Shown in pieces: positions 1-13,423 of a DNA stretch of 64,000 nucleotides (positions are counted from its first letter, which is position 1; each line of letters starts with the position of its first letter). The notes beneath the pieces are model-generated. The model made no database searches, was not told where the DNA came from, and worked only from the letters and a program-made list of their open reading frames with translations. The translations under genes and the position numbers were made by a program. The DNA is from Planctomycetota bacterium. GTDB taxonomy: Bacteria > Planctomycetota > GCA-002687715 > DRQF01. The stretch covers positions 1 through 64,000 of the forward strand of contig JAZGFI010000271.1 in the NCBI GenBank assembly GCA_036479435.1, read 5' to 3'.

Positions 1-140
1 GTATGCCCTAAGTAACTCTATGAATTGAGATAAGCTAATTGAAACCATATCTGCAGGGATTCTACTGATCCGTAACAAACAAAGGCCTTTAGAGACTTGG
101 ATAAAAAAATATGTTCATGATAAAACAGATACAAGATACT

Positions 141-170
141 AAAAACCCCGAGATTTCTCTCGGGGTTTTT
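141..170 (-). terminator. Intrinsic terminator of the rRNA operon (bidirectional-looking)
   Basis: AAAAACCCCGAGA-TTTC-TCTCGGGGTTTTT perfect hairpin with A/T tracts on both sides, immediately 3' of the 5S gene. Confidence 0.85.
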
Positions 171-176
171 AATTAA

Positions 177-293
177 ACCTGGCGGTACCTACCTTCCCAG
201 TCCGTTGCCAGACAAGTATTATCGGCGCTGTGGACTTTACTTCCGTATTCGGGATGGGAACGGGTGTTTCCCCACAGCTATCTCCACCAGAAA
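177..293 (-). rRNA. rrf: 5S rRNA
   Basis: Reverse complement reads TTCTGGTGG...CACCCGTTCCCATCCCGAATACGGAAGTAAAG...TAGGTACCGCCAGG, with the conserved 5S core; located after 23S. Confidence 0.95.
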
Positions 294-379
294 GTTTTGA
301 TTTCAATTTGATCTTGTGATCGAATATTTGCAGATTAAGTAAACTAAGATGCTGTGATTGTCAACGAAGAATATCAAAG

Positions 380-3435
<3,056 letters not shown>

Positions 3436-3675
3436 TGATTTTCGCAAGAAAATAAACGTAAAGGAAATTTGATTGTCTTGGTTTAGACATTCACGTTCTC
3501 ATTATTCAATTTCAAAAGATCGTTCTTACTGGCTGCGGCGACTTGCGCCACAAGACCATGGAACTGACTCAAAGAAGCCAGTACCGCAGTATGTTTTGGA
3601 TCGAGGGCCATCGGTGGCCAACGAAATCCCTGCGCCCTCGCTTGTTATGGCTTGGGCACTTGGTTTTCGGGAGAG

Positions 3676-3748
3676 TGGAGATGAGGGGGATCGAACCCCT
3701 GACCCCTGCCTTGCAAAGGCAGTGCTCTCCCAGCTGAGCTACACCCCC
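3676..3748 (-). tRNA. tRNA-Ala(TGC)
   Basis: GGGGGTGTAGCTCAGCTGGGAGAGCACTGCCTTTGCAAGGCAGG...GTTCGATC cloverleaf in the 16S-23S spacer; CCA not encoded. Confidence 0.97.
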
Positions 3749-3773
3749 AATTCAACGCTTTAAGAAAGCGAAG

Positions 3774-3847
<74 letters not shown>

Positions 3848-4034
3848 GTCCCCTGGTCTCACCATCGAGATGATGCAGGATCCCTCGAAGACGAGTCAGC
3901 ACAGCGGGAAACCAAGAATCTCGCCCGGCCAAATGCCGGGCGAGATCGCGGTTGTAAGATAGGACAGGGCGTTTGAGATCGCGCTGAGATTCCATCGAGA
4001 CGCATCGCTGCTTCTCGAGGTCTAGTCATCCCTA

Positions 4035-5585
<1,551 letters not shown>

Positions 5586-5749
5586 AAGAAAAGTTGATTC
5601 CAGCAAATTGCACTCAAATTCATTAAACGCAGACACAAGTGTGTTTGTGTTTGCGCAAGAAAAAGTGAGTACATCTACTCTTGTGAGTTGATGTTTGAAC
5701 CCACCGAAGTGGGTTCGTTCACGATCTCTCGCGCCCTGTCCATATTCGA

Positions 5750-5764
5750 TTGTTGAAAGATCGT
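5750..5764 (-). promoter_or_regulatory. boxA-like antitermination element in the rrn leader
   Basis: ACGATCTTTCAACAA on the - strand resembles boxA (TGCTCTTTAACA); a similar ACGATCTTTTGAAA occurs in the spacer before 23S (~3510-3523). Confidence 0.6.
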
Positions 5765-5803
5765 CTACCGATCGGCCCGCTTCGGGCTGGTGATCGGCCG
5801 CGC

Positions 5804-5832
5804 ATATTGGCGCGCTCCAACTTCAACTTCAA
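5804..5832 (-). promoter_or_regulatory. rrn promoter, proximal
   Basis: TTGAAG-17 nt-CAATAT followed by GC-rich discriminator GCGCGGCC. Confidence 0.55.
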
Positions 5833-5914
5833 GTCCCACTTGGGATCTTTTTAGCTTAAATTGTCGAGGTTCTCCGTCCGGGCCGCGCGGTGACGCAACC
5901 TTTGGGAGCCGCGC

Positions 5915-5943
5915 ATGATGGCTCATTTCCAGTCCGCCTTCAA
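5915..5943 (-). promoter_or_regulatory. rrn promoter, middle
   Basis: TTGAAG-17 nt-CATCAT followed by GCGCGGC. Confidence 0.55.
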
Positions 5944-6119
5944 GGGAAGGAAGAAAGGTTTTTTCCGGCCCGTGCCGAAGCCAAGTGCGCGTCGTGAAGA
6001 TCGTCCTCCGATTCCCTAAGGAAACGGCGGCTATCCCCACCTGGCTGCGGCCCATCGACCCGAATTCGATTCGGTGTCGGAGCCAGCTGCCTCGGCGGGA
6101 AACCCCCTCACGAGGCGGG

Positions 6120-6147
6120 ATTGTAGCCGTCCATACGGACCCTTCAA
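6120..6147 (-). promoter_or_regulatory. rrn promoter, distal
   Basis: TTGAAG-16 nt-TACAAT followed by CCCGCC, typical rRNA promoter geometry. Confidence 0.7.
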
Positions 6148-6312
6148 GGAAATCGCATAGTAATTACAAAAAGGCGTAAGCTGTTTTCCACAAACAGGTT
6201 ATGGACTCCGGAGTCGTTTCAGGAGGAATTTGGGGAGAGGGGCTTTCGATCTGGAATTCCGGCACTTTCCGTACGGTACAAAACATCCAAGACGACGCGG
6301 TAAAGGAAAGCG

Positions 6313-7485
6313 CTAGTTGGACAGCGCTGAGCGCAGCAGGTCGCCCAGGGCAAACTTCGCTCCATCGAAGGCAAGGGTTTCATAGGGGGGCAGATGGCGC
6401 CCAACTGTCGAGTGACTGACCTCATGGCTCATATGGATGTAGCAGGTGCGGGGGCCCCCAAGATCTCGAACCAAGGCCCGGCTCTCCTCCAGACAGAGGT
6501 GCGTGGGGTGCAGCTCCTCGCGCAGCATGTCCAGAGCAAGCCATTTGACGCCCGCCATGACCTGGCGGGCGCGCTCGGGTATCCGTTTGCAATCGCTTAG
6601 GTAGACGAAATCGCCCACGCGCAGCCCCAAATTGCGGCCACGGCCGTGTTCGACCTCAAAAGCCATGGCCCTCATGCCCGCGGCTTCAAAAGCAACTCCG
6701 GGGCTAATCTCTACGAGAGTCATCCACGGGATGCCCAAACGTCGCTTTTTCTGCGCAAAGATGTAGGGGAACGTGACGCGTAGCGTCTCTGCGGTGGGTG
6801 GATCGGCGAAAATTGGGAGCGCCCGGTCGCCTTGAAGACTAAGGGGCCTCAGATCGTCAAGACCCATCATGTGGTCGGCGTGGGCGTGGGTAATGAAAAC
6901 AGCGTCAAGGCGGCTGAGCTGGTGCCGCAAGAACTGGGCCCGTAGGTCGGGCCCAGCGTCAATCAAAAGGCGCTGTCCCCGAGATTCCAAGAGCACCGAA
7001 CTGCGCCAACGGCGATCCCGGGGGTCATCTGAGCGGCAAACCGCACAGTCGCAACCCAACATCGGAATGCCGTAGGAAGTGCCCGTTCCGAGGAAAGTCA
7101 AAAAGTCGCCATCTTCCGGCCCTGGGGCTGGTTTGATGGCGGCGCCCGAGGGGGATGGTTCAGTGGCGGTGCCCGAGGGGGCTGGTTTCGTGGCGGCGCC
7201 CGGGGGTGCTTCGCCAGCGGGACTGAGGATGTTGCGCAAGGCGAGCGTCGTCTCCGCCCCACCCGGCGAACATCGGGCGGGATCTTTGACTTCGGCCCGA
7301 TTCAGGGCGTCTGCAAGGCCCTGGCAGTCAAAGCCGCAGGCCTGGCAGTCCGTTTGAGCCATTGCGGCCCACAGGCGATCGCGGCGGCTTTGCCCCGTCG
7401 CAAGGGCCAAGCGGGATCGCAAGCTCAATTTAGGGTTCCGAAACGGTGGGCTAAGGCTCGGAGAATCCGCAGAGCCGGAGCTCAC
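6313..7485 (-). CDS. Fusion of N-terminal Fe-S domain (CxxC-x3-C...C-x-PGG) and PhnP-like MBL-fold metallo-hydrolase
   Basis: N-terminal AAMAQTDCQACGFDC...RCSPGG; C-terminal FLGTGTSYGIPMLGCDCAVC, LIDAGPD, THAHADH (HxHxDH), VEHG, YLSD, PTH, IHMSHE, AFDG. Confidence 0.85.
   Translation of the reverse strand: MSSGSADSPSLSPPFRNPKLSLRSRLALATGQSRRDRLWAAMAQTDCQACGFDCQGLADALNRAEVKDPARCSPGGAETTLALRNILSPAGEAPPGAATKPAPSGTATEPSPSGAAIKPAPGPEDGDFLTFLGTGTSYGIPMLGCDCAVCRSDDPRDRRWRSSVLLESRGQRLLIDAGPDLRAQFLRHQLSRLDAVFITHAHADHMMGLDDLRPLSLQGDRALPIFADPPTAETLRVTFPYIFAQKKRRLGIPWMTLVEISPGVAFEAAGMRAMAFEVEHGRGRNLGLRVGDFVYLSDCKRIPERARQVMAGVKWLALDMLREELHPTHLCLEESRALVRDLGGPRTCYIHMSHEVSHSTVGRHLPPYETLAFDGAKFALGDLLRSALSN
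7124..7204. repeat. Three imperfect 27-bp tandem repeats encoding a Pro/Ala linker
   Basis: GGGGCTGGTTTGATGGCGGCGCCCGAG / GGGGATGGTTCAGTGGCGGTGCCCGAG / GGGGCTGGTTTCGTGGCGGCGCCCGGG. Confidence 0.9.
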
Positions 7486-8555
7486 CGGCGAACGTCGACT
7501 TGCGCCCCCTCGGGAACCAGCCGAAACAGGGCTTCCACATCGAGTTTGCGCATTCGAATACAGCCGTCGCTGTGAGATTTCCCGATCGAATCCTCGTCGA
7601 CCGTGCCGTGAATGCCGTATCCGCTACGCCCGCCGGCATCATCGAGGCCCAGCCAGCGATTGCCGATGGTGTGATCTTTGTCACCGAAGGCGACGACAGT
7701 TTGGTCGGGGCGCGTCCAGGCGGGGTTCTTGGTTTTGCCCCGAACGGTAAATTTGCCCTCCGGCGTCGAGTCGTCGCGGCCGAGGCCGATCTCGTAGTCC
7801 AAGATCACAGATTCGCCCAATAAGACATAAAGCCGGAAGTCGCTCTTGCGGGCGACCACCGAGATCGACTCGGTCGGTACGGCGAGTTTCTGCCCCAGCT
7901 GCACGATATCGCGGCGCATCCGGTTGATGTGCATGATCATGGCGGGCGTCACGTTGTTGCCGTGCTTCTTTTTGACGCGCCTAGCGATTCGGGTCAAATT
8001 GTCATTGGGCTTCACCTCGACAATCTCAATGGGGACCACAGTACGGGCCCTAGCCGCAACTAAGCGGCGATTGACGTCACGCAAAGGGGCGAGGAGCGCC
8101 AAACGTTGCCGTCCCGGAAAAGCGTCGGCCAAGACCGCTTCGGAAAGCGCAAGGCGGTAGGAATCGCTCATGCGATCCACTTTCAAACTTTGGAGGCGCG
8201 CGCGAAGGGCAGCCACGCCGCTTTTTTCAGCGGATTCCAGCACCTCCGTCTCTTCGGCCACCGAGATTTCGAGCCCCTGGTCTTTAGGAGCCGACTCCTC
8301 TGCGGCAGCGGGCTCCGTGACGGCGTCTTGGGCCTCAAGGCCTTTTGAATCCGCTTGAGGGCGATCGAATTCGATGGAACTGCTGCGACGATCAGGGCTC
8401 GAATCCGCGCCATCGTCTTCATTCAGGTCCATTTCTTCGCTGGTCGATTCTCCACTGTCTTTGACGACCGAACTCGAAAACGGCCAACCATCGAAGAATG
8501 CGATCGACAGGATGCCGAAAAAAACGAGGACCGCAGGAACAAGGAACTTCAGCAT
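7482..8555 (-). CDS. LysM-domain L,D-transpeptidase (YkuD family), N-terminal membrane anchor
   Basis: VKPNDNLTRIARR (LysM), TPEGKF, GIHGT...SDGCIRM catalytic motif; ATG at 8555 with GGAGAG RBS. Confidence 0.9.
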   Translation of the reverse strand: MLKFLVPAVLVFFGILSIAFFDGWPFSSSVVKDSGESTSEEMDLNEDDGADSSPDRRSSSIEFDRPQADSKGLEAQDAVTEPAAAEESAPKDQGLEISVAEETEVLESAEKSGVAALRARLQSLKVDRMSDSYRLALSEAVLADAFPGRQRLALLAPLRDVNRRLVAARARTVVPIEIVEVKPNDNLTRIARRVKKKHGNNVTPAMIMHINRMRRDIVQLGQKLAVPTESISVVARKSDFRLYVLLGESVILDYEIGLGRDDSTPEGKFTVRGKTKNPAWTRPDQTVVAFGDKDHTIGNRWLGLDDAGGRSGYGIHGTVDEDSIGKSHSDGCIRMRKLDVEALFRLVPEGAQVDVRR

Positions 8556-8800
8556 GATTCGACTCTCCATTCTCACGAGGGCGCGAGACCTCGCGGACTT
8601 TCTGCAAAGTTCATTTTCCGCGCAGTGGGTGACAGGATCCACAACTCGACAGCGCCGATTTTCGGAGTTACAGTTTTCTCGCGGGGTAGGCACCAGCCAC
8701 GGCTGGGCTTGGCTCCGTCTCGTCGCCTTGGGTTCGCCCTGGTTTCGACCCGGACAGACCGGGCTCAGAAACCCGGCGCCTCTGGCCGAAGAGAAGATAA

Positions 8801-8990
8801 GTCGTGGCTATGGTGTTTGTTTATCAGGGATGAGTTCTCAACCCTATATCGACTACCCAGGGAGCCTGATGCTGCGTTCGCGGGAACGCCCCTCGATGAG
8901 GGGACTTCAACGGCGTGGTTGCGGCCCCCACCTAATACGGTTTCTGGGTGATCTAGAGCTTAACCCTGGACGGCATCGATGGCCTGCGAC
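8801..8990 (+). ncRNA. ssrS: Probable 6S RNA
   Basis: About 190-nt rod: 5' GTCGTGGCTATGGTG...CAGGGATGAGTTCT pairs with 3' AGAGCTTAACCCTG...CATCGATGGCCTGCGAC; central bubble flanked by GGGAGCC and CCCACC, as in 6S RNAs; followed by a terminator. Confidence 0.7.
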
Positions 8991-8995
8991 CTTCA

Positions 8996-9027
8996 GCCCT
9001 CTGCACCTTGGTGCAGGGGGCCTTTTT
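8996..9027 (+). terminator. Intrinsic terminator after the 6S-like RNA
   Basis: GCCCTCTGCACC-TT-GGTGCAGGGGGC followed by CTTTTT. Confidence 0.75.
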
Positions 9028-9052
9028 GAAGACCTCAGCCGAGGCAAAAAAA

Positions 9053-9438
9053 GTGGGGCCGACGCTATAAGCCGGGTCCTGTCCCTCCGAAGAGGTGGCG
9101 ACCATTTCTCTGGGGCGACGTTTACACGCCGCCTCGAACGACCTACCCGAGAGTCAAAGGGAACGGGTCGCTCCCTGAGGGGCGAGCCCTCTTCTCCCCT
9201 ATTTGGTCTTTCTCCCGATGGGGTTTACCGTGCCCGCCGTGTCACCACGCCGGCGGTGAGCTCTTACCTCACCGTTTCACCCTTACCTGTGCCCCCATAA
9301 GAGGCCATCGGCGGTCTATTCTCTGTGGCACTTTCCATGACCCGAAGGCCTGTGGGCGTTACCCACCATCGCACCCTGTAGAGCCCGGACTTTCCTCGAC
9401 TCGTCAATGCGAGCCGCGGCCGCCCGCGCCAGCCCCGC
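9053..9438 (-). ncRNA. rnpB: RNase P RNA (type A)
   Basis: GAGGAAAGTCCGGGCT, AGTGCCACAGAGAATAGACCGCC, GGTGAAACGGTGAGGTAAGAGCTCACCG, GGTAAACCCC, ACAGGACCCGGCTTATA; P1 stem GGGGCTGGCGC/GCGTCGGCCCC. Confidence 0.97.
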
Positions 9439-9442
9439 GGCA

Positions 9443-9471
9443 TCATGGTGTGATTGAGCCAGGCACTCAAC
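9443..9471 (-). promoter_or_regulatory. Putative rnpB promoter (coordinates approximate)
   Basis: TTGAGT-17 nt-CATGAT directly upstream of the P1 5' strand. Confidence 0.55.
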
Positions 9472-9486
9472 GGCTAAATGCCAATC

Positions 9487-10830
9487 TCAGACTTCGCAAA
9501 CAACGCTGCGAGTCTTGCCCGAAGGCAAGGTTGGAATCTCGCTCACGCGCTCCACGATGATCGCCATAGACTGGCCGAGCACCTGCTTCAGGCCGATCTC
9601 GATGGGAACTTCAAGCTCATCTCGCGAGGGCTCGCCTCGCGGAACAACGGCGACGCGTACGCAGCCAAGCGATTCTTGGACGATCTGAAACCGCCCCACC
9701 CCCGGCAGGACCCGCACCACGTAAATCACGCCGAGGCCGTGAACGCGATTGCCGTCCGCCGTCTTTAGGGTGTCACTCACGCGACCTCCCAGCTCGGACA
9801 ACACGGGGTAGGGCAATCCGCAGCCACAGGGTTCCTTTGAGATGCGCGCACGGTCTCCGAGGCGATACCGGACCATCGGCGCACCGTATGACCAAAGGTT
9901 GGTCACGGCGACCTCGCCTAATTCACCGGCGGGCAGCACGGCGCCATCCTCGTCAAGAATCTCAATCGTGGTGACATCGAGGTTGAGGTGCAGCCCCCCC
10001 GCCGGACAGCTCTGCGCGATGTAGCCGCCGTCTCGGCTGCCGTACTCATTGGCGACGGGGCAAGCAAAGATCCTCTCGATAAGTTCGCGATCCTCCGCAA
10101 ACAGGGTTTCCGCTGTCCCGATAGCGGCCTTCAAACGAAGGCGGCTGAGGTCTTCCCCCCGGTCCCCAAGAAACCGAGCGTATCGGGCGAGCACACTCGA
10201 ATAACCGTAGATGTAGTCGGTATCGTGCGCTTCAAGCGCGGCCCGAAAGCCCGCCATCTTTTCGTCCGAAAGCTCGAACGCGGACAGCATGCGGAAATTG
10301 AGCCAGCGATCTTTGAGCGCTCGAAAACGGTCGTGCGCGCCCAGCTCAATGGGTGAACCCCAAAGGTCCATTTGGCGATCGCCCATGCGAATGCCAAACC
10401 AAGACCTGCAACGGGCTTTTGCGGCGAGGGCCGCCGACTCGCGGTCTTTGTCCGCAAAAAAGATGAGCGGTTCGCCCGACGAGCCGCCGGTTTCCAACTT
10501 AAACACGCGCTCGCGCCAAGAATCTGCGACCAGCTGATCGGCTTCTTCGCGGATCACGGGTTTATCCATGAGGGGGAGGCGCTCAAGATCCGCCGCGCAC
10601 TGAATAAGGTCAGGGCTAAGGCCGTCGCGCGCGAAAACTCGCCGCCAATAGGGAACCTCAGCGGCCGCATGCTGAATCAAATCACGCAAGAACTGATCAC
10701 GCTTTGACTCGAGCTCCGCCAAAGTGAGCGAGTCGCTAGATTGCAGCCGATCCAAAAAGGCATAGGTCTTGCGCCCCCGCAACTTCTCGTGCCAGGGGTA
10801 CAGCAGCCGCCTCGCAATCCAGCGGTTCAT
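9487..10830 (-). CDS. Phenylacetate-CoA ligase family / CapK-like adenylate-forming enzyme
   Basis: VPYWR, LPLMDK, TGGSSGEP, YGYSS, NEYGSRDGG, VTNL...PMVRYRLGD, GRVSD, SGK; ATG overlaps the upstream stop (ATGA). Confidence 0.85.
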   Translation of the reverse strand: MNRWIARRLLYPWHEKLRGRKTYAFLDRLQSSDSLTLAELESKRDQFLRDLIQHAAAEVPYWRRVFARDGLSPDLIQCAADLERLPLMDKPVIREEADQLVADSWRERVFKLETGGSSGEPLIFFADKDRESAALAAKARCRSWFGIRMGDRQMDLWGSPIELGAHDRFRALKDRWLNFRMLSAFELSDEKMAGFRAALEAHDTDYIYGYSSVLARYARFLGDRGEDLSRLRLKAAIGTAETLFAEDRELIERIFACPVANEYGSRDGGYIAQSCPAGGLHLNLDVTTIEILDEDGAVLPAGELGEVAVTNLWSYGAPMVRYRLGDRARISKEPCGCGLPYPVLSELGGRVSDTLKTADGNRVHGLGVIYVVRVLPGVGRFQIVQESLGCVRVAVVPRGEPSRDELEVPIEIGLKQVLGQSMAIIVERVSEIPTLPSGKTRSVVCEV

Positions 10831-11579
10831 TCGCTGGCGTGACGTCGCAAGTACAAGATTCGATCGCAGTGCGGACACTGCGTGAACTTACCCGACATGA
10901 CCGCATTCAAGACCTGCATCATGACCTGTGTGAAGCAGCCGGTGCAAGTTTCACCCTCGACGTTCAAGGCCGCGATCCCAATCCCCTCGCGCCGGGCGCA
11001 GATCCGTTCGTAGGCTTCAAGGAGCTGTGGCTCGAATTTACCCGCCGCGTCGACGCGCTCGGCTTTCTTCGCCGTGATGGTGTCTTCAAGCTCAGAGAGC
11101 TGCTGAACGACATCCGACTCAACCTCCGCGTGTTTGGCCTTGGCTTTGCCAAGCTCTGCCTGTCGCGCGGCCGAACTGTCTTTCAGATCATCGAGTGCCA
11201 TCATCAACTCGAGAATCTTGTCCTGCACGTTCGAATCGTGGTCTCTCTTGGTCTTAATCTGCTGCTTCATGAGGTTGAAGTCATCATTCGACTTCAAGCT
11301 GTACAGCTGACCTTCGAGCTTTTGCGCATCGGCCGTCAACGAATCGGAGATCAAAGTCTGTTCGTCGATTCGCTTTTGAGTTTGGGTGCAAATATCGGAT
11401 GCTTCAGCCGCGCGGGCCTCATGATCGGCGAGGTTCCGTTTCGAACTCGCCAACTCTCCGGGACGCGATGAGCGCTGACCTTCAAACTCGGCAATCGCAT
11501 TGTCCAGGTCCTGCAACCCGATGAGTTGCATGAGAGCCTCCGCTCCTAAGGTCTCAAGAGTGTTTTCCTTGGCTGCCAT
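10827..11579 (-). CDS. Coiled-coil protein with C-terminal C4 zinc ribbon (DUF164/CT398-like)
   Basis: LIGLQDLD start, long coiled coil, YERI...CTGC...CPHCDRILY. Confidence 0.9.
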   Translation of the reverse strand: MAAKENTLETLGAEALMQLIGLQDLDNAIAEFEGQRSSRPGELASSKRNLADHEARAAEASDICTQTQKRIDEQTLISDSLTADAQKLEGQLYSLKSNDDFNLMKQQIKTKRDHDSNVQDKILELMMALDDLKDSSAARQAELGKAKAKHAEVESDVVQQLSELEDTITAKKAERVDAAGKFEPQLLEAYERICARREGIGIAALNVEGETCTGCFTQVMMQVLNAVMSGKFTQCPHCDRILYLRRHASE

Positions 11580-11592
11580 GCCTTCTTCTCAC

Positions 11593-11624
11593 AAAAAAAG
11601 GCCCGGGCTGTGCCCCCGGGCCTT
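11593..11624 (-). terminator. Intrinsic terminator after rpoD
   Basis: AAGGCCCGGG-loop-CCCGGGCCTTTTTTT on the - strand. Confidence 0.8.
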
Positions 11625-11630
11625 AGTTAA

Positions 11631-13274
11631 TCAAATTCCGCTCGACTCCAGGAAGCCTGCCAGCTTCCGGGCTCGAATCGGGTGTTGTAGTTTCATGACC
11701 GCTTTAGCCTCGATCTGTCGGACACGCTCTCGCGTGACCTTAAAGATCCGCCCGACCTCCTCGAGCGTGTAGGTATAGCCGTCACCAATCCCGTAACGCA
11801 GCTTGATGATCTCGCGCTCGCGGTAGTTGAGGGTCTGAAGAATATCTTTGATTCGGTCTTTCAGCATCTTGTGGGTCGCTGAACTCACCGGCGACTCTGC
11901 CCCTTCGTCCTCGATGAACTCCCCGAAGTAGGAGTCCTCTGAGTCGCCCACCGGGCGATCGAGGGAAATAGGGTGCTTGGAGATGCTCATGACGCGCTTC
12001 GCTTCTTCGAGCGAAATCTCGGCCGCCACCGCAACCTCTTCGATGGTGGGTTCACGTCCCTCTTGCTGCACGAGGCGCTTGTGAACATTCCTCAGCTTGC
12101 TCATCGTTTCGATCATGTGCACGGGAATACGAATCGTGCGGGCTTGATCGGCGATCGAACGCGTGATGGCCTGGCGAATCCACCAGGTGGCATAAGTCGA
12201 AAACTTGTAGCCGCGACGATACTCGTACTTTTCAACGGCCTTCATGAGGCCGGTGTTGCCCTCTTGGATCAAATCCAAAAAGGTCAGCCCGCGATTGCGG
12301 TATTTTTTGGCAATCGAAACGACGAGACGGAGGTTGCCGCTCGACAGGCTGCGTTTCGCATCCTCGTAGCGTTCGAAATAGTTGGAAATCTGACGGCGAC
12401 GGCGTTGCATCGCCGGAAGATCGTCTCCGATCTCAACTTGCATCTCCAAAAAGCGCTCGTCTAAGCGCTTGCGATTCTCGCGGTCGTCCGGCGGCAGCTC
12501 ATCCAATTCGCGCGAGAGCCGCACCAGTTCGTCGTACTGCTCATTGATGACGTCCATCATCGGGCGTACTTTTTTGATCTGCAGACCGAGTTCTTCCAGC
12601 AGCACCACGGCCTTTTTGCGGCGACCGCGAATTCGGCGGAAGGCGCAAAGGCAGTCTTTATTGGCGACCTTGCCCAAAACAAGATCGCGGATTTCGCTGC
12701 GGTTTTCTGCCAGGATCTTTTTGACGGTCGCAATGTTCTCAGGCAGGCGATCCGAAATATCCTGCTTGTCGACTTCGCCGACTTTCAAAGTTCGGTCGAA
12801 GGCGAGATTTCCGCCCTGCACTGCTTCAAAAATCTTCACCGCATCGTCAGCAGCGATGCAGCACTCGAGGAGTTTCTTGCGAAAGAGTTTGCGGGTTAAT
12901 TCGATCTTCTTGGCGTAGGAGATCTCTTGGGCGCGCGTGAGAAGAGGAATCTCACCCATTTGGGTCAAGTACATGCGCACCGGATCGTCGATGCGCTCCG
13001 ACGTCGAGGGCGCGGGCACGCGGACGCTCTTACTCACGGCAACGGGCACCACCACCGGAGCGGGAATCGGGTCTTCGGGTCGCCGATCCTCGGCGTCTTC
13101 CTCGTCAATTACATCGACGCCCTCTTCGCTCAGGCGAAGCAGGAAGCCCTCTATCGTGTTGGGAGCGACGGTCGCGGGCGGAAGGACCTTATTCAGACTC
13201 TCGTGAGTGATGTAGCCCTTCTTCTTGCCCTCTTGGACCAGAGCTTCGATCTCGGTCTCGAGTTCCTTCATCAT
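11631..13274 (-). CDS. rpoD: RNA polymerase primary sigma factor
   Basis: Region 1.1 (GKKKGYIT), [55 protein letters not shown]...[10 protein letters not shown]; follows dnaG. Confidence 0.97.
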   Translation of the reverse strand: MMKELETEIEALVQEGKKKGYITHESLNKVLPPATVAPNTIEGFLLRLSEEGVDVIDEEDAEDRRPEDPIPAPVVVPVAVSKSVRVPAPSTSERIDDPVRMYLTQMGEIPLLTRAQEISYAKKIELTRKLFRKKLLECCIAADDAVKIFEAVQGGNLAFDRTLKVGEVDKQDISDRLPENIATVKKILAENRSEIRDLVLGKVANKDCLCAFRRIRGRRKKAVVLLEELGLQIKKVRPMMDVINEQYDELVRLSRELDELPPDDRENRKRLDERFLEMQVEIGDDLPAMQRRRRQISNYFERYEDAKRSLSSGNLRLVVSIAKKYRNRGLTFLDLIQEGNTGLMKAVEKYEYRRGYKFSTYATWWIRQAITRSIADQARTIRIPVHMIETMSKLRNVHKRLVQQEGREPTIEEVAVAAEISLEEAKRVMSISKHPISLDRPVGDSEDSYFGEFIEDEGAESPVSSATHKMLKDRIKDILQTLNYREREIIKLRYGIGDGYTYTLEEVGRIFKVTRERVRQIEAKAVMKLQHPIRARKLAGFLESSGI

Positions 13275-13423
13275 GGCGTAACTGGGCCTCCGATCCGGGT
13301 TTCCGAAGCTGATTTTTGTACGATCTGAGCGGCATTTAGGCAAGTTTTAGCCGTTTAGGACAGGGCAAGCCAAGGTTACCGAAACTGGTCTTGATCACCC
13401 TCAGCTTTTCATTATCGACGCGG

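Noticed and set aside
7124..7204. CRISPR array (also considered for 47695-47733)
   Set aside because: Repeats are directly tandem without spacers, and no cas genes are present
8355..9470. ORFs 8355-8951, 8374-9300 and 9264-9470
   Set aside because: They overlap the L,D-transpeptidase antisense, the 6S-like RNA and rnpB, and show no protein motifs
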